From positions 1 to 64,000 of the IMG/VR virus record IMGVR_UViG_3300044852_000063: a stretch of 64,000 nt of DNA, one strand, 5' to 3'. Positions 46,187 through 53,576 of the stretch are shown here, one piece after another (within the stretch, counting starts at the first letter, position 1; each line of letters opens with the position of its first letter). The notes beneath the pieces are model-generated. The model worked only from the letters and a program-made list of their open reading frames with translations, did not search any database and had not been told where the DNA came from. A program made the position numbers and the translations under genes. This DNA is from a virus. Taxonomy: Duplodnaviria; Caudoviricetes.

Positions 46187-48334
46187 ATGCTATCCGTCGC
46201 TGAAATGGAGTATCACCCCACCGCTGAAGAGCTGGTGCAGATCCTCTGTAGCAAAACCCAGAACAGCAACCCGCTGTTCTTCCGTGTCCTGGTCGGCTAC
46301 TACTTCAGCATGATCGCCTCGGCGATGCGCTGCACCATTGCCACCCATGACCGCGGAGACATTCCGGTCAACATGTACGCGCTCAACCTGAGCACCTCTG
46401 GTTCCGGCAAGGGCCACTCGACCTCCATCATGGAGAACGAAGTGATCCACCTGTTCCGCGGGCGCTTCATGGAAGAGACCTTCCCGATCCTGGCCGAGAT
46501 GAACCTACCGAAGCTGGCCAACAAGCGGGCGGTGCGCAAGTCCTGCGACCCGGACGAAGAGCTGGTGCGGGTGCAGAAGGAATTCGAGAACCTGGGCAAC
46601 CTGGTTTTCAGTTTCGACTCCGGCACCCCGGCAGCGGTCAAGCAGATGCGGCACAAGCTGCTGATGGCCGACGCTGGCGCCGTGTCCTTGCAGATCGACG
46701 AGATCGGCTCGAACCTGATGGGCAACATCGAGGTGCTCAACACTTTCCTGGAGCTGTACGACGTCGGCGCCATCAAGGAAAAGCTGATCAAGAACACCTC
46801 GGAAAACACCCGCAGTGAACAGATCATCGGCCGGACCCCGACCAACATGATGCTGTTCGGCACCCCGGCCAAGCTGCTCAATGGCAGCAAGACCGAGGAA
46901 GAGCTGTACTCGATGCTTGAGACCGGCTATGCCCGACGTTGTTTCTTCGGCTACAGCCGAGCGATCAACAAGGTGCATGACCTGACCCCCGAGCAGGTTT
47001 ACTTGCTGCGCACGGACACCGGGCAAAACCAGTTCCTCAGTGACCTGGCCGATCGCCTGGAACACCTGGCGGACATGATCAACGTCAACAAGAAGTTGGT
47101 CATGAGCAAGGAAACCACCCTGGTGCTGATCGAGTACCACCTCAAGTGTGAGCGTGACGCCGAAGCGTTGCCCGAACACGAAGAGATCCGCAAGGCGGAG
47201 ATCACCCACCGCTACTTCAAGGCGCTCAAACTGGCCGGGGCCTATGCCTTTGTCGACGACTCGCCGGAGCTCACCGAGAAGCACCTGTACTACGCGATCA
47301 AGCTGGCTGAAGAGTCTGGTTTGGCGTTTGAGGCCCTGCTCACGCGGGACCGCAACTACGTCAAGCTGGCCAAGTACATCGCCTCCGTCGGCAAGGACAT
47401 CACCCAGGCTGACCTGGTGGAAGACCTGCCGTTCTACAAAGGCCCGCAAGGCGCCAAGCAGGAGATGATGCAACTGGCAATCGCCTACGGCTACAAGAAC
47501 AACATCATCATCAAGAAGTCCTTCGACGATGGGATCGAGTTCCTCCGCGGCGAATCACTCAAGCCGACTGACTTGAACAGCATGGTCCTCAGCTACAGCG
47601 AGGACATCGCCTACAAGTACCAGAACGACACCGCGCCGTTCGACCAGCTGCATGTCCTGATGCAACTGCCTGGCATGCACTGGGTCAACCACCACCTGAA
47701 AGGCGGCCACCGCTGCGAAGAGAACTGCATCGAGGGCTCCAACCTTCTGGTGATCGACGTGGACGGCACCTGTCAGCTGGGCACGGCCAAGCTGCTGCTC
47801 AAGGACTACAAGGCGCTGTACTACACCACCAAGCGTCACACCGACGAAGAGAACCGCTTCCGGATCATCCTGCCGATGAACTATGAGCTGAAGATGGACG
47901 CCAAGGATTACAAAGCGTTCATGTTCAACCTCTTCGAGTGGCTGCCGTTCGAGGCGGACGATGCAACTGGCCAGCGGGCACGCAAGTGGATGACCCACCA
48001 GGGTCACTACGAGTACACCGAAGGTGAGCTGATCGACGTGCTGCCGTTCATCCCGAAAACGGTGAAAAACGAAGAGCGCAAAAACAAACTGGATTCCCAG
48101 CAGTCGCTGGACAATCTGGAGCGTTGGATGCTCAACAACACCGGGGACGGCAACCGCAACAACATGCTGCATCGCTACGGCATGCTGCTGGTGGAAGCGG
48201 GCTTCAGCTTCGACAACGTGCGGACCAAGATCAACGACCTCAACGACAAGCTGGCTGACAAGCTGGACGAGGCCGAGATCATGGGCACCATCATGATCGG
48301 CGTGACCAAGGCCATTGCCAAGCGTGGCGCTTAA
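46187..48334 (+). CDS. DNA primase (N4 gp43-like)
   Basis: SGSGKG P-loop; IDVD, YTTKRH, RFRIILP (AEP-like); GNRNNML (PriCT-like). Confidence 0.9.
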   Translation: MLSVAEMEYHPTAEELVQILCSKTQNSNPLFFRVLVGYYFSMIASAMRCTIATHDRGDIPVNMYALNLSTSGSGKGHSTSIMENEVIHLFRGRFMEETFPILAEMNLPKLANKRAVRKSCDPDEELVRVQKEFENLGNLVFSFDSGTPAAVKQMRHKLLMADAGAVSLQIDEIGSNLMGNIEVLNTFLELYDVGAIKEKLIKNTSENTRSEQIIGRTPTNMMLFGTPAKLLNGSKTEEELYSMLETGYARRCFFGYSRAINKVHDLTPEQVYLLRTDTGQNQFLSDLADRLEHLADMINVNKKLVMSKETTLVLIEYHLKCERDAEALPEHEEIRKAEITHRYFKALKLAGAYAFVDDSPELTEKHLYYAIKLAEESGLAFEALLTRDRNYVKLAKYIASVGKDITQADLVEDLPFYKGPQGAKQEMMQLAIAYGYKNNIIIKKSFDDGIEFLRGESLKPTDLNSMVLSYSEDIAYKYQNDTAPFDQLHVLMQLPGMHWVNHHLKGGHRCEENCIEGSNLLVIDVDGTCQLGTAKLLLKDYKALYYTTKRHTDEENRFRIILPMNYELKMDAKDYKAFMFNLFEWLPFEADDATGQRARKWMTHQGHYEYTEGELIDVLPFIPKTVKNEERKNKLDSQQSLDNLERWMLNNTGDGNRNNMLHRYGMLLVEAGFSFDNVRTKINDLNDKLADKLDEAEIMGTIMIGVTKAIAKRGA

Positions 48335-48380
48335 ACCTACCGGGGGGATTCGTCTCCCCAACAATTTCAAGGAGCGAGCC

Positions 48381-48884
48381 ATGGGCTGCGACATCCATCT
48401 GTACAGTGAAACTCGCCAGAACGGCGGTGCCTGGGTCTGCAACCAGGCTGAACAGGCCACTCGGGAAACCGAAGACTATGGCGACGGTCCCTTTGAACAT
48501 CTGGACATCCCCCGGATGGAAGGCCGTAGCAGCCGAGATTACTGGCTGTTTGGCATGCTGAACACTGGCGTGCGAACTACCTGGGCCTGGGGCTTCCCTT
48601 ACCGTGACGAGTTCCCTGCTGAGTCTTCTGAGCTGTTGGCTGAGCTGAAGAAGCAGGAAGGTGAAGACGCACACAGTTGCAGCTACCTGACTGTGGCTGA
48701 ACTGAAGGACAAGGTCGCTGAGCTCAAGCTCAAGCGTGCCGAGTACCTGATCAACCCTCCTGAGCAAACTCAGTGGGCTGAAGCGGTGCCATACCACATC
48801 GACAAGTTGGAAGGCTTGATCTCTGAGTTCGATCCCACCTTGCCGGACAAAGACCAGCGCATCGTGTTCTGGTTCGATAACTGA
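48381..48884 (+). CDS. conserved phage hypothetical protein (MGCDIH type)
   Basis: MGCDIH, RDYWLFGML, HSCSYLT, RIVFWFDN. Confidence 0.8.
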   Translation: MGCDIHLYSETRQNGGAWVCNQAEQATRETEDYGDGPFEHLDIPRMEGRSSRDYWLFGMLNTGVRTTWAWGFPYRDEFPAESSELLAELKKQEGEDAHSCSYLTVAELKDKVAELKLKRAEYLINPPEQTQWAEAVPYHIDKLEGLISEFDPTLPDKDQRIVFWFDN

Positions 48885-49014
48885 ACGCCAGCCAAGTTGC
48901 GCCGTGACTTCAAGCGCAATTTCATGGGTTGAACAAGTGCCCGTCCGGGCACGGCTGTGAAAATCTCGGGAAGGCCTGCGGGCCAACCCACCACTGAAAC
49001 CAGAGGATTAACCC

Positions 49015-49746
49015 GTGACTCAAGTCATCAACGACAACCTGGTGCTGCTCGGCGGTAAATCGGCGACCGGTAAGTCAGCGTCCCTGATGGGCCTGAACAA
49101 CCCGCAAGGGGTCATGTACCTGAACTGCGAGGCCGGCAAAAAACTGCCGTTCAAATCGAAGTTCGTCGAGCTGGTGGTCACCGATCCGACCCAGGTCTAT
49201 CAGGCCTTCGACGAAGCGGAGCAGATGCCGGAAATCCACACCATCGTGGTCGACTCGCTGACCTTCCTCATGGAAATGTTCGAGTCGGTGTACGTGGTCA
49301 ACTCGGCCAACACCATGGCGGCCTGGGGCAGCTACGCGCAGTTCTACAAGAACCTGATGCAGCAGTACGTTGCCAAGTCGACCAAGAACGTGATCTTCAT
49401 CGCGCACACCGCCGACACCCTCAATGAGGGTGAGATGGTCATGGAAACCAAGGTGCCGGTGAAAGGCAGCCTGAAAGGCGTCGGCCTCGAGTCGTTCTTT
49501 TCCGTGGTCATCGCCAGCAAGAAGGTGCCGCTCAAGACCCTCAAGGGTTACGAGTCGCCGATGCTGGTCATCACCCCAGAAGAAGAAGCTCTTGGCTTCA
49601 AGTACGTGTTCCAGGTGAAGATCACCAAGGAATCCGTCAACGAGCGTCTGCGTGGCCCACTGGGCCTGTTCGTGACCCAGGAAACCTTCATCGACAACAA
49701 CATGCAGCTGGTCTTGGATCGCCTGCACTCCTACTACAACGAGTAA
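49015..49746 (+). CDS. AAA/Sak4-like ATPase (N4 gp44-like)
   Basis: GKSATGKS, YLNCEAGK, IVVDS, FIAH. Confidence 0.9.
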   Translation: MTQVINDNLVLLGGKSATGKSASLMGLNNPQGVMYLNCEAGKKLPFKSKFVELVVTDPTQVYQAFDEAEQMPEIHTIVVDSLTFLMEMFESVYVVNSANTMAAWGSYAQFYKNLMQQYVAKSTKNVIFIAHTADTLNEGEMVMETKVPVKGSLKGVGLESFFSVVIASKKVPLKTLKGYESPMLVITPEEEALGFKYVFQVKITKESVNERLRGPLGLFVTQETFIDNNMQLVLDRLHSYYNE

Positions 49747-49812
49747 AGTTGTAGCTGGGCAACCACCAAAGTCGCTGTACCCCAACCCTAATTCTGTAAT
49801 GAGGAAATACCC

Positions 49813-50547
49813 ATGTCCCTGCTCGCCAACCTGAACACCGATTCCAACATTGCTGACGAAAAAGACTCGGTCGGTGGCTCCCGCGTCCGTGAATCCGGTT
49901 TGTACCCGATGACCATCTCGCTGGCCTACCTGACCAAGTCCGCCGGCGGTGCCCTGGCCCTGAACCTGCTGCTGAAAGACGACGACGGTGATGTCCGTCA
50001 ACAGCTGTGGATCACCAACAAGAAAGGTGAAAACTTCTACACCGACAAGAAAAACGAGAAGCAGTACCTGCCGGGCTTCAACATGGCCAACAGCCTGTGC
50101 CTGCTGACCCTGGGCAAGGAAATCTCGGCGCTGGACACCGAAGACAAGGTCATCAACCTGTACAACTACGAGACCAAGTCCGACGTACCGACCAAGGTCG
50201 ACATGATCGTGGACCTGCTGAACCAGGACATCCTGGTCGGTCTGCTGAAGCAAACGGTCGACAAGACCCAAAAGAACGAAAGCACTGGCGAATACGTGCC
50301 GACCGGCGAAACCCGCGAGGAAAACGAAGTCGACAAGTTCTTCCGTGCGGCTGACCGCATGACCTCCAGCGAAATCCGCGCTCAGGCTGAAACTGCCGTG
50401 TTCGCCGACACCTGGGCTGCCAAGTGGACCGGCAACGTGCGCAACAAGGCCAAGGGCGCGACCGGCACTGCCGGTGCACCGAAGGTCCCGGGCGCTGCTG
50501 CGGCCACCAAGCCACAACAGTCGCTGTTCGCCAAGCCTCAGTCGTAA
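49813..50547 (+). CDS. ssb: single-stranded DNA-binding protein (N4 gp45-like)
   Basis: KQYLPGF, REENEVDKFF, Ala/Pro linker and SLF tail; syntenic after the gp44-like gene. Confidence 0.9.
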   Translation: MSLLANLNTDSNIADEKDSVGGSRVRESGLYPMTISLAYLTKSAGGALALNLLLKDDDGDVRQQLWITNKKGENFYTDKKNEKQYLPGFNMANSLCLLTLGKEISALDTEDKVINLYNYETKSDVPTKVDMIVDLLNQDILVGLLKQTVDKTQKNESTGEYVPTGETREENEVDKFFRAADRMTSSEIRAQAETAVFADTWAAKWTGNVRNKAKGATGTAGAPKVPGAAAATKPQQSLFAKPQS

Positions 50548-50563
50548 GTCTGGGCTGATCCAG

Positions 50564-50592
50564 AAAAGCCCCCAGTAGATGGGGGCTTTTTT
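50564..50592 (+). terminator. intrinsic terminator
   Basis: AAAAGCCCCCA-GTAGA-TGGGGGCTTTTTT. Confidence 0.85.
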
Positions 50593-50621
50593 ATCTGTGT
50601 GGGGTGTCTCAGGTCCTTGGT

Positions 50622-50786
50622 GGTTCGTATCGGGTTCGATTCCCGGGTCGACGGTCAACCTTAGATTGCTGTTGGTGCAGAGAAGACGTAATACCGCGGG
50701 TTCGATTCCCGCCGCCTGATGCACCTCGCTCCCTGGAGAGCACACCGGAAAGCAGTTGGTGACGCGACTGTTTCCCGCTGTACTCA
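50622..50786 (+). ncRNA. candidate structured RNA with two tRNA T-arm motifs
   Basis: CGGGTTCGATTCCCG at 50631 and 50697, plus a third long stem at 50738-50785; no full cloverleaf. Confidence 0.5.
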
Positions 50787-50813
50787 CCTTGAACAACTGG
50801 AAGGAATAAACCC

Positions 50814-51251
50814 ATGTGGGGCATGTTTAAAAAGAAAGCCAAAGTCGCTGCTCGCAACGTAGCGCGTTTCGAGAAGAAGGACCTGATGGAAGCCACCGTT
50901 GGCATCGCCATCCTGGTCATGTACGCCGACGGTGAGTCGAAGGACTCCGAGCGCGACAAGACCCAGAAGATCCTCAACAACACCCCGGCCCTGGCCAACT
51001 ATGGCCCGGAAGTCCAGGCCACGTTCCAGCGTTATGACACCCTGTGCAAAGAGGTCGGCTTCATGGCGGCCAAGGTGCAGATCATGCGCGAAATCAAACA
51101 GTGCCAGGGCGACCAGCACGAGATGGAAGACGTGCTGGTCACCGGCCTGACCGTGGCGCTGGCGGACGGTGGCATGGACGAAAAAGAAGAGAAGATCCTC
51201 AAGGAAGTCGCACAAACTTTCGGTCTTCGCCTCGAATCGTTCATCGAGTAA
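50814..51251 (+). CDS. TerB-family (tellurite resistance-like) protein
   Basis: EATVGIAILVMYADG...E...VALADGGMDEKE. Confidence 0.85.
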   Translation: MWGMFKKKAKVAARNVARFEKKDLMEATVGIAILVMYADGESKDSERDKTQKILNNTPALANYGPEVQATFQRYDTLCKEVGFMAAKVQIMREIKQCQGDQHEMEDVLVTGLTVALADGGMDEKEEKILKEVAQTFGLRLESFIE

Positions 51252-51257
51252 TCGACC

Positions 51258-51473
51258 ATGGCCATCAGCCGATCCGTCAAAGTGAAACTTGGCCTGCTGG
51301 TGGCTGCTGTGGTCCTGGGCATCTGGCTGTTCTTCCGCCTGATTGCCTGGGGCCAGTGCAGCTGGTACGGCCATCAAACCGGTCGGGACGTGCGTTACGC
51401 TGCCTTTATAGGCTGCATGGTGCACGTCAACGATCACTGGGTGCCTCGCACCGAACTCCGCACGGAGCAATAG
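51258..51473 (+). CDS. small membrane-anchored protein
   Basis: TM helix followed by C...GC...WVP. Confidence 0.7.
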   Translation: MAISRSVKVKLGLLVAAVVLGIWLFFRLIAWGQCSWYGHQTGRDVRYAAFIGCMVHVNDHWVPRTELRTEQ

Positions 51474-51474
51474 C

Positions 51475-51801
51475 ATGACCGAAGTGAACAACGCAGCACC
51501 GGAAACCAGCGGTGATGAACTGATCGAGATCACCTCGATCCCACAATTCGCCGCCATGGTCGCCGGTTGGCACACCAATATCGTGGGCCAGCTGAATCAA
51601 GGTCTGGCAGTGCCTGACGACGTGGAAATCTCCATCGGCCTCAAGCCAGGTGAAGACGACACGGTACTGACTGAAGAAATGCGCATCGGCTTCAAGGCTG
51701 GTCTGGTCATGGCCCTGTCGATCATCCAGGACCTGCCGTTTGAAGGCATCGCTGATTCGGTGGAAGCACCGGCCGGCGGCGACGAGGGCACTGCGCAATG
51801 A
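51475..51801 (+). CDS. hypothetical protein
   Basis: GWH...GFKAGL...LPF. Confidence 0.75.
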   Translation: MTEVNNAAPETSGDELIEITSIPQFAAMVAGWHTNIVGQLNQGLAVPDDVEISIGLKPGEDDTVLTEEMRIGFKAGLVMALSIIQDLPFEGIADSVEAPAGGDEGTAQ

Positions 51802-52310
51802 GCCTGGTCACTGAAGCGGAACTGCAAGCGAAAGCCACCGCACCGCGGGTGACCAAAGACGCGATCGATGCCCTGATGGCCACGGCTACCGTGTGCTTCG
51901 AGTGGCCTGAAGGCACCACCAGTACCTTCGCCCACGTCTACATCGGCACCTTCTACCTGGCCAGCGGCCACAGCGCCTGCATCTCGGTCGAGAACTATGA
52001 CCAGGAGATCGGTGAGCGGATTGCTCGCGGCAACGCGATCAAGAAAGCCACGGATCAACTGTGGCAGCTGGAAGGTTACGCCCTGTACAAGCTGTTGAAC
52101 CCGGCGCCGACCACGTTCGTGCAACGTATCGAGCTGGAACTCAACGTGCTGGTCGAGCGTATGGGCAAGCTGGCGGAGTTCATGGAGTCCCCACGCTACG
52201 AAGAACTGGCCCTGGAGGATCGTGACTTGCTCATTGATCAGCTGCAAGCCATGACTCTGTACCGTGGCGCCCTTGAACAGCGCCTGGCCCGGAGCAAAGC
52301 GACGGCATGA
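51798..52310 (+). CDS. Phage_gp49_66 (Acb4-like) domain fused to a crAss001_48-like helical domain
   Basis: GHSACISVENYDQEIGERIA...LWQLEGY; then QRIELE...KLAEF...LLIDQLQAMTLY...LEQRL. Confidence 0.7.
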   Translation: MSLVTEAELQAKATAPRVTKDAIDALMATATVCFEWPEGTTSTFAHVYIGTFYLASGHSACISVENYDQEIGERIARGNAIKKATDQLWQLEGYALYKLLNPAPTTFVQRIELELNVLVERMGKLAEFMESPRYEELALEDRDLLIDQLQAMTLYRGALEQRLARSKATA

Positions 52311-52891
52311 TCATCAACGTGGTGGGTTTCGACCCGTCACTGCGCAACTGGGGGATTGCTTGTGGCACCTATGACACGGTGTCCAGGCAAATCCTGATTC
52401 CCAAGGTGTCAGTGATCCAGCCGGAAGTGACCACGTCCAAGCAGGTGCGCCAGAACAGCAAAGACCTCGAGTCAGCCTACCAGCTGACCGTGGGAGCCCT
52501 GGCTGTGGTGCACGATGCCCAGGCTGTGTTCATTGAAGTCCCGATCGGTAGCCAGTCTGCCCGCGCAATGGCCAGCTATGGCATCTGTGTCGGTGTAGCA
52601 GGCGCCCTCCGGGCCGCCAATGTGCCGTTCTTTGAACAGACCCCCACTGAAGTCAAGATGAGGGCCGTTGGTCGGAAGACTGCGACCAAAGAAGACATGA
52701 TCAAGTGGGCTATGGCGCTGCATCCAGAAGCTAACTGGCCGATGTACTCGAAGAATGGGGTGAAGATGGTCAGTGAAGCCAAGGCTGAGCACATGGCAGA
52801 CGCCATTGGCGCGATCTATGCTGGTATCTCCAGCGTCCCCTTCCAGCAACTGTTGCAGATGATGTCTGCAACGACACAAAAGAGAGCGTGA
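52307..52891 (+). CDS. RuvC-like Holliday junction resolvase (N4 gp46-like)
   Basis: GFDPSLRNWG, FIEVP, PTEVK, EHMADA. Confidence 0.88.
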   Translation: MIINVVGFDPSLRNWGIACGTYDTVSRQILIPKVSVIQPEVTTSKQVRQNSKDLESAYQLTVGALAVVHDAQAVFIEVPIGSQSARAMASYGICVGVAGALRAANVPFFEQTPTEVKMRAVGRKTATKEDMIKWAMALHPEANWPMYSKNGVKMVSEAKAEHMADAIGAIYAGISSVPFQQLLQMMSATTQKRA

Positions 52892-52894
52892 TCC

Positions 52895-53323
52895 ATGGAA
52901 ATCAACCTGAAACAAAGCGAAATCGAAGTAGCGCTGCGTCAGTACGTCGCCAGCCAGGGCTTCAACCTGACTGGTCGTGCCGTAGCGATCACATTCACCA
53001 GTGGTCGTACCGCCAATGGCCTGACTGCACTGGTCGACATCGGTGATGTCACCGAAGTGCCGGCTGCAACTGGCCAGACCTACCGTACTCTGGAACTCCG
53101 CCAGTCTGATCTGCCATCGGGCGCCGTAGGCACCGCGGCAGTAGCACAGGTTGGCGTTGATCCGGCATTGCCGGGTGGTGACCACACCGTAGGTGGCACC
53201 GAAGCTGGGGCTGTAGTCCCGGAAGCGGGTGAAGCGGGGGAGTCGCCGGCTACAACGGCGCCTGAAGCAGAGGATACCGGCGCTGCACCGGTGAGCCTGT
53301 TCGCTAAACCTCAGTCGAACTGA
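52895..53323 (+). CDS. hypothetical protein with SSB-like C-terminal tail
   Basis: Folded N-terminus (MEINLKQSEI...FTSGR), disordered linker, ends SLFAKPQSN. Confidence 0.8.
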   Translation: MEINLKQSEIEVALRQYVASQGFNLTGRAVAITFTSGRTANGLTALVDIGDVTEVPAATGQTYRTLELRQSDLPSGAVGTAAVAQVGVDPALPGGDHTVGGTEAGAVVPEAGEAGESPATTAPEAEDTGAAPVSLFAKPQSN

Positions 53324-53331
53324 GTCCGGCC

Positions 53332-53520
53332 ATGGGCTTCCTGAAAGGGTTGGCCCTAGCGCTGGTGGGTCTGATTGGGTTTGTGGTGATCGGTGCCTTA
53401 GGTCTGTTCATCTCAGCCCTGGTCAGCATGTCGGGCTTTGTCCTGACTGGCTTACTGGCCCTGGCCTTGTTGCTTCATGGTTTGTGGGAAGGTTTCCACA
53501 AGCCGAAAAAACCTCCGTGA
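53332..53520 (+). CDS. small membrane protein
   Basis: Two hydrophobic helices and a basic tail. Confidence 0.7.
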   Translation: MGFLKGLALALVGLIGFVVIGALGLFISALVSMSGFVLTGLLALALLLHGLWEGFHKPKKPP

Positions 53521-53535
53521 CTGGAGACCCGTAAG

Positions 53536-53576
53536 AAAAAAGCCCCGGCTGTTATGAGCAACCGGGGCTTTTCTTT
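53536..53576. terminator. bidirectional terminator
   Basis: AAAAAAGCCCCGG...CCGGGGCTTTTCTTT between convergent genes. Confidence 0.85.

Noticed and set aside
50622-50725. Bona fide tRNA or tmRNA genes, or an attP site
   Set aside because: Only T-arms are present; no D or anticodon arm, CCA or tag ORF. No integrase in the window and the phage type is lytic.
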